DNA of 64,000 nucleotides from Enoplolaimus lenunculus (lineage: Eukaryota): positions 124,001 through 188,000 of the forward strand of contig JASANG010001107.1 of assembly GCA_030248215.1 (NCBI GenBank). The letters are read 5' to 3'. Every line of letters begins with the position of its first letter. Position 1 is the stretch's first letter. The translations under genes and the position numbers were made by a program. The notes under the pieces were generated by a model. The model searched no databases. It was not told the DNA's origin and saw only the letters and a program-made list of their open reading frames with translations. Shown here piece by piece: positions 1 through 14,335 of this stretch.

Positions 1-655
1 CATGACAGCGGAATTTTCAGTCTTAACGAGAATCACTACGAAACTTTGAGCGAATCGTCGGGGTGAAAATTCGGCCTGCCACAGCTAATTTGTTACATTC
101 TATAGAGTTTTTTTAGTTTTGACAACTGTTATTTTTGATGGTGCAGTTATGATCTGTTGAGTTTGCCGTAGTCGGTATGTTTGTTCTGTTTGATGTTTAA
201 TATAAGTAATCCTAGAATTAGTGGCTCTTTTATATAAGTTGCAATACAAAATTAAATTTGACTCAAATTTCTCACACGTTTTTCACGGGCCAACATTGTC
301 GAAAACCGTTTATATCGCAAAAACTTTTCAAAACATAATAAAAGCACGAATAATATTTGTTTCACTTTAAAAGGGATATTTTTAAGAAAAACAGTGTTAT
401 TTTGCCATAGATGTTTTATTTTGGCAAGCGCAAGGGTTAAGAGTTCTCATTTTCTCATTCGTGGTGTTAGCTTTTCAAGTGTTCTATATGCACTTTTCAC
501 AGTGGTACATAAAAGTTCCAGTGGAACCGTTTTAAAATTTGAGCGTGGGAAAATCGTCTAGATTATATATTTGCTGACTAAAACATCAGTTTTCAATTGT
601 TTAGAACCATATTCTTGCGCCACTTTCAGGAGCGAATATGTATGATGTAAAGAAG

Positions 656-805
656 GGTCCATGTTACTGTAAGGTGCGTCCATGTTTTCGGTAGGTCCAC
701 AAAAGAGTAGGTTTAGATTCTAGGTTACATTTTTTGCTTAGGCTTAGGCGTAGGTTTAGGCTTAGGCTTAGGAACACATTTTTGCAACGCTTAGCTTAGG
801 CTTAA
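656..805 (+). repeat. Degenerate copy of the TTAGGC-carrying element; interstitial telomere-like repeats
   Basis: ggtccatgttactgtaaggtgcgtcc...(ttaggc)n...atttttgcaacgct is shared with 7118-7282. Confidence 0.7.
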
Positions 806-3800
806 GAAGTGTATCCCCTTGTGAAATTTCTGAAGAGCCAAGAAAAAGCACATTTAACAAGCTTCAGCAGAATATAAAATGTTCAGAAATGTTTCTAATC
901 GATATGCCGCAATAGAACGAAACCTTACAGCCATTTAACTTTTGAAGCTTGACAGCGTCTTGTATAAAATGTAAACTTTTATAAGCCTTTTAAAATCACC
1001 GACCTAAGTGTTCAGCCGTATAAATCAAATGCCAGAGGCTTACTGAATTGTAGATGACGTATATGGCCAAATTAGGGCTGGGAGCTCTAGAGCTGTCGCT
1101 GAAAGTTAGGTTTCTTTGCTATTTTCAACTTTACCCCGATATAGAGTGCAACAAAAATGTTCGCTGTGCCACAAGTATGCTTTCCATTTTAACCTTCGTA
1201 TAACGCTTTTGATTCATAAAATAATGTCAGGTGCTCTATTAATAGCTATAGGCCAATGTAAACAATAAGGGCCGAACGTTTTTCAGGGGCACCAATAGAG
1301 TAAGCTTAGTTTTCGAGTAATTTTCTTCTCAGGCATAGTCGCGAATTTGAATTTTAAACAATCTCGCCAGCTTCGCCACCCCTTTAGGTGTCGTTTGCTT
1401 TAGTTGTTGCTTAATTTTTGATGATCCAATGTCAAGTGCATTATAAATTCAATCGAGCAGCTTCGATGTTTAACATTCCCGAGATAAGCTTGGATGTGAT
1501 TTATCATCGCCTTGCCGTATGAACAAGAAGACTATGCACTGCAGTCCACTTCACTTTTAGGCAACGTATGGGGCGTCATGTAGACAGGGTCGTGTGAAAA
1601 ATCGAGCTGACACCGGGGCTAATGTTTCGGGTTTGCGGGCTCGAATTAACTACCTAGTCACGACACTGACATTTTCTGCTCCAGTCTTAGGAATAAACTG
1701 GGGTTAAAGGAATTTCAGCAGAGGCGTGCAAGAGTTTACGATGACTAAACACGCAAAGTTCAAATTACTCCTGCGTGTACCAAAATTCTTCAAATGGGGC
1801 TGAGTCCCCCTGACCCCGTCTCTACGGGCCCTTTCTCGAGTTTATTCCAACGAATCTAGAACGAGGCAAACCCATTAAATAGGAAGGAACGGCGGGTATT
1901 GCTAACCCAGAAAGGGCTGCAGCTACGAGAAGCGGGTCGGGGTGGGAAAGAGGATTTCTACAAACGTCGCTTACCACACTTGGTGGTAAAAGTAAGTGAC
2001 AGCATTGATATACTTCGATCTAATTTATCTTGCCAACACTCCAAATCTCCTGTCGTGTATATCAACAATAATTCCTGCTTACGCGTTTAGTCTGACCTCG
2101 TCACAGTTAAAAAAGCCAGCACGAAATGTCTGGCGCTGAGTGTTTTTCCGAAAAAAACCGGAAATTTTTTTAACTTTTTCTGTTATTAACAGCGTTCCGC
2201 TAAAACATATTAACATTGTTGGAAAACAACTGCGTAAATTGCCAAAAAATTGCACTCAAACAACAGCGCATAGCGCGTCATATGCCGTTTTTGTTTTGTT
2301 TTACGTCTCTGGTTTTATCCTTATGAGGCCTGTTGTCAGCTTGAATGTAAGCTTATTTGTAGCCTATGTAGCCAATCATAAATTCAACTTAGTATATTAA
2401 ACTAGCTAAACGGTCTATGGTATAAAAGATTTTAATTCACATACTTGTATCTTTCTGTCGTTGAATGAAATGCGATACGCTGACAGAACGAGTTAACAAT
2501 TTTGTTTGTCCAAGTTATGCTTGTTCTTTGCTCATATTGTATCACTTGATTCATGACTTGTACTGGTTTCTGTTATCAGATGAAGCAACGCATTTCATAT
2601 TCATTTATTCTTTATAAATTCAAGTTTTAAAATATTGACAGAGTTTCCGAAACCCTACTTAAGCACGACTTAGTACTTAAATGCGGGCTAAGTAATTGCT
2701 TAACAATTTTGTCAGCGTACTTAAAGTAAGTAAATATTTAAGTCGCTGACTAAATTTGATGTACTACATATTAACCGCTCAGCATACTAACCTTGGTGTC
2801 ATTGAAATAGTAGACTCATTATGCCTCCTTAAGGAAAACTCTTTGTTTATTGTCATGACAATTTCCGTTAAAGTGAATACTTTTCTTTGAGTAAGATTTC
2901 AGAAACCCAGCCAATAACTTTATAATAGGAAAAAGTGTATGGATTAATGTTGTTGGTTTAAAATGCAACAAGTTTGGGTCTTACCACAATGCCCAATATA
3001 TAGTGCACAAACAGGCGAGCTAAAATTTTCATTGGATTTAGTAGTTTGTTTCAGTAGAAACACCGTGCAGCTGTTTGCAATCAATATGTTCTGTGGGTTT
3101 ATTTGTTAATGGTCTGGTTAAACTAAAATTTTCAGGCCAAATATTGGCAAATTTTTGCACTTATATTTTTGTCATATATCATTTGCGCGTAATTGTTCAG
3201 TTTTTAAACCTGATAGCTATTGCCAGTTTTAGAGAATAAATGTAAAATTTGATTTGAAGAAAACGTAATACTCATCCTTACCATGACTAAATTTCGGCAA
3301 AATTAACGTCGCTCATGCTATTTCTCCAGCATTAAACACTGTTTCTTGGAACGTGTTTGAAACTGGCTACATTCAGTGTTCAAATGTGTCCATCGCATTT
3401 TTTGGTTCACATGCTTTACTCTACCTCATTTATGAAGGTAGATATTTTGTGTAAAGCAAAAATGAAATTCCAGTCGATACAAATATATACATGGTGCCAC
3501 TAGAAATTGAGTGGAGCAGGGGTAAAGCACAATGCATGCTGCTTTTGTACCACAATAAATGTGGTTCTGCCAGTACTACATGACCGGAACAAGCATTCTG
3601 ACCAAAATAACATGATCATAACAACAGGCTCCTAGCCTGCTTTAAAAATATCACTGGGGGTGGTATAAACTTTCGAGGAGGGCACGCAAGGATTTTGCTT
3701 AACGACGCTAAAATTTTTTTCTGGGTGCCAAAATTTGTCTAAGGGCTGAGTCTGCTCGGTTAGTTCTGACTACAAGTCCACATAACACACGCCAACCTAA

Positions 3801-6593
3801 CATACGGCTATTTTTCACTGTGTGTATTCATTTGGCCGTATGAATCAAAGACCGAAGACCATCTATTCTATTTTTTGCGCTTTATCGCTGTTTATGTTTT
3901 TTTTTATTTTTATCATATTCCAGAGTCTGTACAGCGCTTCAGACAGGTGTTACAGCCTGTATCAGAGGCGGCACCAGACAACATTTGAATGAGGGATCAA
4001 AGGTTGATGCGTCCACCGTACAATCTGAATTAAAATAGAAGGAATATTCGATGTGAGCAAACATGCCCGTAACCAGGTCGCCTTGCTTTGGGAGCCAAAC
4101 GTTTTCAGGATGAGCATATACAAGGTCTATAACTTACAAACAAGGTTGACAAATTTCAAGGCGGTGTCAAAATGTTTCAAAGGGCCTGAGAGCTTACCCA
4201 GGACCTCTACTCACGCCGTAATATGATGGAGATTTACAGGCGCCACTAAATGATCCCCCTGGATCCGCTCCTCGGCTTGTTATCAGCCGCAGCCAGAGTG
4301 ATTATATGCGTCCATTCACTTGTTTCGTTGTGATTTTGGTTCTATGGTTTACCAACGTTTTCACTTGATGGCACGCGATCCCACCCATTCGAAAGGTTCA
4401 AACACCCTATCTACACCCCAGCGGTCCGTCATCACTAGCACTGAATGGTCTTAACGGTTCATAAATAACTGATATATTAGCTACCTACAGCGAATAATAT
4501 ATATGCCATTTATAATTTGTTGAATTTTTGCTAAAATGGTAAAGGCGACCAATGAAATGGTTCTGAGTGAGTGCAATGCAAAATTAACGGGATTTTAAAT
4601 CCTAAGTCATTGCGATAGTTTCTATTTGGTGATGTTATGCTTGAACAATTATAAAATAACATATTTCATGTCCACTATAGACGTTAAGCATGTTGGTATT
4701 TGCCGACGAGCTGATTTAAACCACAATTCAGAAATGAAACAGACTGCGGTGTTTGCAAAGTATTGACTGCGGGTATGTTTTTGCTTTCTAAAATGATTTG
4801 GTAGATATATGTGCGTGTATCGGAGAAGTAGTCAGAAGCAGTCATGGGGCTCAGCTAAAAGAAGAAAAATTTTGACGCTCTGGAAAATTTTTAAACTCGG
4901 ATGTGAATTATGTGAACTCGTTTCATATTTCACTTCAATTTTTAGCTCTTCTGGTAAGTTAAGTAGGCTATGGGACTATAGGTGGGGTTGTCTTGCCAAT
5001 TCAACTCAACGACCCCTGGGATTAGTATTTGCATAATTTTGCCGGCGAAACTGAGTAGCATTCGCTATTAATCACATAATTTAGAAATCACATAAAGTAA
5101 CAACCGCCGACTTCAAATTGCTTATACCCGAAGCAAAATGGTTATAGCGAGTGTTTTTAGTTTGTTTACAGACATTTGTTTAATTCTCAAAATGTATAAT
5201 GGCTACCATGGTGCCGCAGATGCCTACTCGAATTTGTGCACCAGATAAATGCAAAGTAGTACGCAGGACCTTTGGGAGCTACAACATGCGACTGGACTGA
5301 TCAAAATTTCAGTAGTGCATACAACTATTCAGATGCCGTATACATGTAATATTGAAACTTTTCTTGGGGGAAGATATAAATTTTTCAAGACTAGCTGAGT
5401 ACCCCTGGGTCACTTTGACAATGGTGTCGACAAGAGTAAACTAGTACGCAGTATATATGTTGATCGTGCATTGCATTGTAATGTCAGACTGTAAACATAG
5501 TTTTCTTGTGTTTAGTAGTGCGTTTAGTTGAGATAATAACTGTTTTGAATTAATATATCAGAACACACAGCTTTAGCAGATTCAAAATCTATTCAAAGTG
5601 TGCTTATCTTGATCGATATACCGCAATTTTCATAAGAATTCGTAATTTTGCTGCGTAAATGATTAATAATATTTAAAAATGTAACCAGATATTCGTTTCC
5701 GTTTTCGGCAAAAATCGCTAATTGTTCGATCTGCGATAAAGCGAAAAAATGTAACCAAAATCTCCGTATATTCTAGCGGAGTTTTTGCAAACTTTTTGGG
5801 GCTCCTATTTTGTTGACCTGGTGACGGACCTATTACACCATAGAGACACTGCTTTTAAAGATCTCCAGCTCAATGTAGTGCATAAATCTCAAACTTATTA
5901 AAACATCAGTCACAATGCGTGCCAAAATAGCAAAGAGCCACAAAACAGTACAGATACGGCCAGTCCATCGTTTTTCTATAGGGGCGCCTTTTTGGAACCT
6001 AAAATCATGAAACTGCTTATTTTCGACAATTGTCAAATTTCTGGCTAGCGGCTAGTCAGTCATCTTTGTCATACATCCTCATCATGCAACAACCGTTTGC
6101 ATTTAATTACGAAAACCGTACGCATTGCTTACTATATATGATATAAAATAAAGTAAAATCGTTTACCCGTTACCATAGAAATGTTTATGATGAACATATT
6201 TTAATTGAATATTCTTAAAACCCTTAAGCTGAATCGTGCTTTTTTCATATTAAAATAGAGTTTTTTAATATTTGGTTGTTTCGTTTCGAAAAATGTTTTC
6301 TATTAAGTCGCCGATGACAGAAGCCATTAAAAACGGATAAGACCATGCAACCTTAAAACCGTAATAGAATAATAGCCAGAACGGTAAAGCAGGATGTAAA
6401 ATATAGCTGCGAACGGTGACATCAAAAAAACTTTGAGTTGCGTTAAACGTGAAAAAGTATAAACTTGTTTTGTTCAAATGCTATGGATTTGATTATTTAG
6501 GTTTAAATAAAGGATTTGATTACAATTCTGGTCACATCAGTCACTCGCTATGAGTTTATTCTCGCTGGTTTGAAAGTTGTCAACGATAATTAA

Positions 6594-6855
6594 CCGTTTC
6601 TCACATGAATATTTTGTATTTTTCCTGAGACCTACTTTTACGCTTGGATTCGAACTCCAGTGACTGGAGTGGGAGGCGTATACCATCACCACTCAGCTAT
6701 AGGAGCTTGACGCTCGAGCCCGATGGGGCTCTCACGTCTTTGGTGATTTAGTACTATGTATACGTGTTGCAATTGTTCAACACGGTGCGATATATATTAT
6801 TTAACGTATATACACTGCGCTAAGTTGCCTATAGGCAACTCAATGTGAGAAGGGG
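6594..6855 (-). mobile_element. Non-autonomous piggyBac-like MITE (262 bp) carrying a tRNA-like Pol III A/B-box segment, copy 1
   Basis: TTAA on both flanks (6590-93, 6856-59); TIRs CCGTTTCTCACAT / ATGTGAGAAGGGG; closely similar inverted copy at 23470-23731. Confidence 0.85.
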
Positions 6856-7117
6856 TTAAGGTAGCAATTATTTAGAACAAAGAAAACCGCTAAAGACACA
6901 TTGATCTGAATAAAGCTATATATTTATAATAGAGACGGGACATTACGGATTTTCATGATGTTCTTTCAAACTGTATCTTTCAGTTTATGCAATAAACCAG
7001 AAATTTTAAAGAGAAATAATTATTTCGCTATTTTCTATATACCCACTATTTTTTGCGTAAACGGACCACGTAAACTGTTATATAATGCATAAAATAAAAT
7101 GGGTCGTTTCAAACTTT

Positions 7118-7282
7118 GACCCATGTTATTTTAAGGGGCGTCCAGGTTTCTGTTGGGTCCATAAAACAGTAGGCTTAGGCTTAGGCTTAGGCTTACGAAC
7201 CCATTTTTGCAACGCTAAGGCTTAGGCTTAGGCTTAGGAATACGCTTAATCTACTGTTACGCCCCTTAAAGTAACATTGGTC
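7118..7282. mobile_element. MITE with internal TTAGGC arrays and 8-bp target-site duplication
   Basis: TIRs gacccatgttattttaaggggcgt / acgccccttaaagtaacattggtc; CAAACTTT at 7110-7117 and 7283-7290; internal (GCTTAG)n. Confidence 0.8.
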
Positions 7283-7389
7283 CAAACTTTTATACTTTAT
7301 ACTGTTTCTTATCCCAAAATAGTTACCTCTGCTTGTATGCTTAAACATTATAGCAATCAAAATTAACAGGGTTATGACGTAAAATTAGT

Positions 7390-10300
7390 ATGAATCTAGA
7401 CGATATTCTTGTCAACCATATAGGTGATTTTGGCCGCTACCAAATAGTGCAACTTGGGTTATTGATTTTACCATGCATTTACATTTCAATGCAGTCCGTA
7501 TCGTGGACGTTCACCGGTGCAAAAGTTGATTATCGATGTCGCTTGGGTCATTTCGACGTTGTGTACGAGTTGCCCCCTTCACTGAAAAAACCAACAACTT
7601 ATGGCGAAGCGATTGACAACAGCTCAAAAACATCTCAACCACAATCTCAATTGGATACAAACAAAACGAAAGTTGATTTTAAAAGCTACAAATGCTACGT
7701 TCCTATACAACGTATGTTAAATGTTCAATTTGAAAACAAAACAGGGTACACGCAAAACATTATTAAAAAATATGCTGCTATGAATCCAGAAGACGAAATT
7801 CTCGCTATAACATCAGGCGCAACACCAGAGAACGTCGAAAATATTGCATTCGCCGAGGAAAATTCAACAATTTCAGATGAAGAAGCGAAAATTATTGCTC
7901 ACAACGTGTTGCGCACGAAATGTCGTCATTGGTTGTACGACGCGAGCGAAATTTCGTATTCAGCAATAATGCGCTGGAATATCGTGTGCGACCGCAGTCA
8001 TTTTCGTGCACTGGTACAATCGATGTATTATGTTGGACAAGGAATCGGGTCGTTAGCGTTTGGGTATATTGGCGACCGGTTTGGACGAAAAACTGCGTTT
8101 ATTACAGCCGCGTGGATGTTGTGCTTTTCGAGTAAGTTTTTTTTAAAATATAGAAGCAACGTTTTAAATTAGTAAAACTTTGAGCTTAGCAGTGGTCGTA
8201 GGTTACAGATTAGGGTTTTTTATACACTTTCTTTATATTTACTATTAAAATGTTATTTGCTAATAAATTTTTACAATTGAAAACATCGCCTTTTAGCGGA
8301 AGCTGTGAAATTATTTAAAATGCGCTTAACAAAGCATTTTAAATTTCTTAAAATACAGCCCAGGGACGTAACCAAAGCATCGGCCAAAGAACCACAAGGC
8401 TCTATGAGAGAAATAGGCTTAAAAACATAACCACATTCAGGGCATAACCGGATGTCTGCATATGGCTTCGGTTCCGGCAGAAAATCGACCTCCGACTCCG
8501 ATACAACTTTTGCCGGTGGTTCCGGTAATTTCGGTAGTAAAAATTTTGCACAGGTCTGCAAAATTTATCTGTGTGGCGCGTTTCGTTTTAACTTTTGACA
8601 TAATTTTGAAAAAAGGATTGCCGAGATTTCGAAAAATATAACCGTAAAACTAAACGATTTGACAACACATTACAGCTATTTGCGAAAATTAACAAATTAA
8701 ACATCATTTTAACTACCTAATTTCGCCTCACCGCCGGCTTTACCCACGGCTCCAGCAAATTTTGCTGACCTCCGGCTCCGGCTCCGGTATTTTTCACCTC
8801 CGGTTGTATCCTGCCGCATATACTCAAGAATCCGACGAATTTAAAACACATACAAATTTAATACATGTGTGATTCATATTGCTTATTGCTTGTATAAGAG
8901 TGAGTGATTGGCACTTGAACAAGAGTATACAACTAGGTATATTCTGTGTCGATAAGAGTATAATACCTCTTTTGTTTATCGGGAGACACCGATCCAGTTT
9001 TTCAGTTTTAAGCTGTTGCATTTAAATTCCGAACGCTATCGAATGGCTTCGGTAATATATTCCTAGATGCTGTGTTCATTGTGCGTTAGTAGGAACGTCA
9101 CACCAAAAAAATGGAGTGGGATAAGTAGGTCCAACATCCAACGCGCCCCGGTAGATTTTGTATCACGCAAACAAAGGTAAGTTGAGTAAATATTCTTCAA
9201 AGAGTCATCGAAATCAATTGCCAAACACAAATCAAATTTCAGGTATCGCAATGGCGATTGTTCCATGGATTGAACTGTTCGCAATTTTGCGTCTCGTTGC
9301 GGGTTTTGCACATCCGGGTATATTTGTAGTCGCAATCGTTATCGGAATGGAACTGGTCGGTCCATCAAAACGTGCTATTGGCTCAATTTCGGCAAATCTT
9401 GCGTTTTCAATCGGTCAAATTGGTCTAGTTTCAACAGCGGTTTTGATTCGGAACTATCAACATTTACAACTTGCGCTCTCGCTGCCGTGCATTGTTTTCT
9501 TGACCTATTATTGGCTAATGCCAGGCTCAGTACGATGGTTAATTTCGCAACGCCGCTATTCAGAAGCGGATCACATTTTGCGTCGAGTTGCTAAAATCAA
9601 TGGACGCTCATTGCCCGATGGTTGGTACCATGAGCTAGAAAATCATAGTTCTTTGCAGTCAAAGCAAGCGACCAATGATCTTGCATCAACACATAACGAA
9701 CAGCGCCGCATTAACCAATCGTTATGGGTTAAAATTAAACATCTTCCACAAATTATCTGCAGTGGTGGAAATCGCACGACTGACGCGATCGCCACAGAAC
9801 AACATAGGTTAAATTTTTTCGATCTATTTCGTACTCCATATTTGCGGAAATGTTCGTTAGTTCAGTTTGTAAGCTGGCCCACAGTCAGTATGGTCTACTA
9901 CGGGATATCAATGGATCCATCATTTTTAGGCGGTGATCGATATATGACCTTTTTCCTGTCGGCAATTATCGAAATCCCTGGCGTATTTCTGGCTGCGGGT
10001 TTGATTAATCGTGTGGGTAGAAAAGCGCTCATGATAGCATCGTTTGCGCTGTCAGGCGTATTCATGATGGGTGCGCTGTTTTTGAACCACGGCTCGACAA
10101 CACGGTTAGCAATCGGTTGTGTGGTATGCGCTAAAATGACCATTACTGCTGCGTATACGGTGATATACGCGTGGGCACCAGAGCTGTTTCCGACTACGCT
10201 CCGAAATCAAGCAATGGGAGCGTGTTCGATGACAGCTCGGATTGGCGGTGTAGTTGCGTCGTATTTGATAATGTTGGTTGCGGAACACTCGAAAAATACG

Positions 10301-10621
10301 GTTTCGTTAATTTTCGGCGTGCTTTCGTTGATCGCCGCAACGCTTTCATTGTTGCAACCGGAAACTGCAGGTGCAGTGACACTAGAAGGCGTTGGTGATG
10401 CAGAACAATTTGGTGCCGCGTCTCGGGTGTTCACGTTTCGCCCCCCAACAGCGTTTAGGGCACAATGTGATAGTTATGATAAAAGTCGACATCAAATGAA
10501 CAGTATGACAAGAGGGGCGGAAGAAAATAGCGACGCGTACCGTCGAGTTGAAGAGACTGACGAAGAAGTGGTCAGTAGTCGAACTACTGAATCGGCTGTT
10601 TTGATGAATGATACCGGATAA
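7390..10621 (+). CDS. SLC22-family (organic cation/anion/zwitterion) MFS transporter, 2 exons: 7390-8131 + 9243-10621, ~706 aa
   Basis: SLC22 motifs GDFGRYQ, WNIVCDR, GDRFGRK, ELVGP, PGSVRWL (PESPRWL-like), NRVGRK, ELFPTTLRN and PETAG. A phase-1 intron (gtaagt at 8132, tttcag ending 9242) joins the two ORF-track fragments in frame. Confidence 0.93.
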
Positions 10622-12521
10622 AATATGAGCGTCAGGATGCGGAGGTGAAAAATACCAAAGCATAGGGTCAACAAAACTTTCCGGCGCCAGAGGAGAAACA
10701 TGAAGTCAAACGAAGTTAGGTAAATTAAAGGTTAATTTGTTAATTTTTAGCAAACCGTTTTGCACGCTGTATTTTTTAACGAAACCTCGTCAATTCTTTC
10801 CTCAAGATTGTGCCAAATGTTAGAACAAAATGCGCCAAACAGATAAATTTTGTAAAAGAATGCAAAATTTCACTATAAAAGGTGCCGGAACCTCCGGCAA
10901 AAATTTCACCTGAGCCGAAAGTCGATTTTATCCGGAGTCGGAGGTCAATTTGCTGCACTAAATAAATTGCAGGGTAACCCCAACACACGTTGTGCTCTAA
11001 AACTCAACCATATAATGTTTATTTGTGGAATTAGTTAAACCTACTTTATTGTTAATTAATTGATGTTGAAATAAACATAGCGTATATTAATTATATCTTT
11101 GCAAATTTGGCTTAAACTTAGTTGTAAGCCTAACACATCTATCTACAATCATTAAATCTGTATTCAGAGTACTAATAAATTTGCCTTTGTTACTCTAAGA
11201 ATTACATATCTGTTGGATCGTGAGAATACCTACTTGTTCCAGGTATATAAAATCTGAGGTATTATTTCATCATGTGCCAAATATGATTTAAGGATATCAA
11301 CGATTGTAACGCAAATTAATTATGCATGAGAATACAAAATCGTATGGTATGGGAAAATACAAAGCAGTTTGAAATCGCTATCAATCCAGAAAATGGTCGG
11401 TCAATAAAACAGATTTTTTTATTAATTCTGCATAATAGAATGCAACAACAAGCCTGACCATATACAAATTCCGGCTTTTGCTTCAGGTTACAGCAAATTC
11501 GCTGGCGAAAGTTTTCGGCTTGTTCATTCAATTAGTTTGTTTATATCATTTATTGGTTAATTTTAAGTTTTTATTGTTATCTTTTTGTTGTAAAAGTTGT
11601 GTTTTCAACGAGTTTGCTTACAACTTTCGGAGTGAATTTTTGAAGTTTTTGATTTAATCTATTGCTGAGGTAATTTTCACGTCTATCTTGTACCCTGATG
11701 CATTTACAGTTGAAATGCCTACAAAAGCTGCCAGCGGATGTCAACAATCTTGCCATCAGATTTGTTTTGCGTTCCAACGTTCTGGCTCAATTCTTGTACA
11801 ATAAATTCAACCGGACGGCAGAAAGCATACTTAAATGTACACCAACCCTTTGTATCTGCAGGTTTAGTTGTCATGATTCAAAATTTTAAAATGCTATCTG
11901 GTTTACACAGTATTGAACAATTCGTTTTAGTAAAAAAGATCATCAGCATACACAAGTATAGATTAAGTATTAAGCAATTTTTCTATAAGCCTCATTTTGA
12001 AAATAAATTAATGGATCATGGGACCAAAGGTTAACTCATTACCCCCATAGTGTGTAGAACTTGTGGTTCAGGGGTGTATTTCGCGATTTTGAACATGACT
12101 TTTGCGCAATCAATGAATATTATAAAACCACAGCATAATCGGATAGATCCGGATAAAATTCCGGCTTTGATTTTTTGCAGTGGCAAATCCAGGAACGATT
12201 TTAAGTATACAAAAGATAAAAACGTCGTGAACGTAAAAAAATTAAACTTGTAAGGTGATCTTACAATTTTTCGCCAAAAAATTTCAAAACAATTCAATTC
12301 TAAACCCCTAAGAATTTAACGAAAACCACTCAAAATAATATTTCTAATATTTAAGAAAAAATTTCTTACATTTGAGAAATATGATTAGCAAGGTGCACTT
12401 GAAAAGTATTTCTGTTATAACAGAAATGTTTTCAAAACACGTTTGAAATACAATCTGAAAATAAACGTTTTCCAGTTATTTTAAGAAAAATTGTCTTAAA
12501 TATCAGCAAAACTTTTCAGAT

Positions 12522-12619
12522 TTGCCACAGAAAACACTTTTCTGAATAAATTTAGAAATACTTTTTTGTGTTGCCACAGAAAACACTTTTCTGAATAAAT
12601 TCAGAAATACTTTTTTGTG
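12522..12619. repeat. 49-bp tandem duplication
   Basis: ttgccacagaaaacacttttctgaataaat(t/c)agaaatacttttttgtg x2. Confidence 0.9.
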
Positions 12620-13160
12620 TGACCGATCTATTGTATACCTCTCGACAAGTTGAGCATAACATAAAATCCGTATCAATTTTAAACCGGTTCGAAAGTTATG
12701 GCGCACAAAGATCAGTACAAACAGTGCCTATTTGAAGGTATACCATCTATACACTTCATATTTGCAAAATAAAGCCACAACACCTGTTTGCTGTGCATAT
12801 TTAGTTGGCGGTTTACCTATCATTGTTTAGTATAGCAAAAACGTAAAGAGTGTTAACTTTTGACCAAAGACAATGCATGCTAAACTTAGTTCCGTTGAAC
12901 TCGGCCGTCTATGAACCTACTAAATAAGGCACTTCAGTGTAAATTCCTAGGTATCATATTCCGTTCCTCCGCCACGAATTTTTTAAAATATTCGTCTCTT
13001 GACGGAAATCTATCATAATGAAAACAAGAATAATAATATGTAATATATAATATATGCACATTACGTTTCTACTTATGTGAGAAGTCTTAAACACAAGGAG
13101 ATAAAAAATAGAGACGGCCTCCAGGCCGTCTCCAAAAGCGTAGGAACGCAAACGCATGGT

Positions 13161-13340
13161 GACCAAGGCTCAGGTTACTTTTAGGGCAGTCTCGTTTTCA
13201 TGTACGACTGCAATAAAGTATCCGATAATAGACTTTTGTACTTAGCTTAGGCTTAGGATTAGTATTGAAATTTATTTTTACGCTTAAACTTTGGAATATG
13301 CTTAAACTTGAGTTACAGCCCTAAAAATAACATTGGCCGT
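13161..13340. mobile_element. Diverged member of the TTAGGC-carrying MITE family
   Basis: gttacttttagggc ... gccctaaaaataacattggcc inverted ends; internal cttagcttaggcttagg. Confidence 0.55.
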
Positions 13341-13682
13341 AATCAAAACAACGGAAACAGAAAACGGATACTGACGTATAAAAGTTGCAAAGATTCTCCA
13401 TATCTTTGCTAGTATAAAACTGAGGCATGCGAGTAGCCACCGGGCTTTCTAAAATTTTGAATAAAAAAATAGCGTATGCACGTAAAAATTTTATTGGATC
13501 AAACAATTACAATGTGTCTATAATGACAAATTGACTAATTTATAGATGATTTACAACTATCGATTTTTACCGGATACGAATATTCGATTGCACCCGTGTT
13601 TTATACGCAAGACCCGTGAGTTGACAAAATAATAATTTTGGCATATAAAATCTAATGAAATAGGAGCTATTGAACTTTAACG

Positions 13683-13951
13683 TACGCGACTGATAAAACA
13701 TATTTAGGGTGGTGCTATAACATACGCGACTGATAAATCATATTTAGGGTGGTGCTATAACATACGCGACTAATAAAACATATTTAGGGTGGTGCTATAC
13801 TTGTCGTGCGGTGCCGTTCGTCACCGTACAGTATAATGTGCGAGTTGCCGTACGGCGACGGCTGAAACATCGCATACGACGATGCGCGATTAAGCATAGT
13901 GACGAATAGCACGAATGACAATAGAATCATTAAAAAGTATAGCACCACTCT
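13683..13951. mobile_element. MITE (13786-13951) whose left end is amplified as a 40-bp x3 tandem repeat
   Basis: TIR agggtggtgctatactt / aagtatagcaccactct; unit tacgcgactgataaaacatatttagggtggtgctataaca at 13683, 13723 and 13763. Confidence 0.7.
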
Positions 13952-14051
13952 TATACTCCACAATGATGATCAATAAAAAATAAGGCAGTTGGTTTTTGTC
14001 CAGTATGGAGATCTGCCCATTGTGAGGCAGGCGGACATGGGAGTGAATAGA

Positions 14052-14335
14052 AGCTTATGTTCAGGCTTATGTTTAGGGATTAGGCTTATATTTAGGGTTA
14101 TACTTTATGTTTAGAGTTCTGCTTATGTTTAGGCTTAGGCCTACACTGAGTAGACATGGTCTTATAGTTTACATGTAATAGTTGTTGCAGTGCGTGCACG
14201 AGAGCATCGGGTTATATTTAGGGTTATGCTTATGTTTAGAGTTAGGCTTATGTTTAGGCTTAGGCCTACACTGAGTAGACATGGTCTAATAGTTTGCATG
14301 TAATAGTTGTAGCAGTGTGTGCACGAGAACATCGC
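14052..14335 (+). repeat. Degenerate telomere-like minisatellite (ggcttatgtttagggtta-type 18-mers, TTAGGC/TTAGGG) with 125-bp duplication
   Basis: gcttatgtttaggcttaggcctacactgagtagacatggtct occurs at ~14121 and ~14246. Confidence 0.8.

Noticed and set aside
9158..9242. N-terminal extension of the 487-aa ORF
   Set aside because: Intronic; the true exon starts at 9243 after tttcag.
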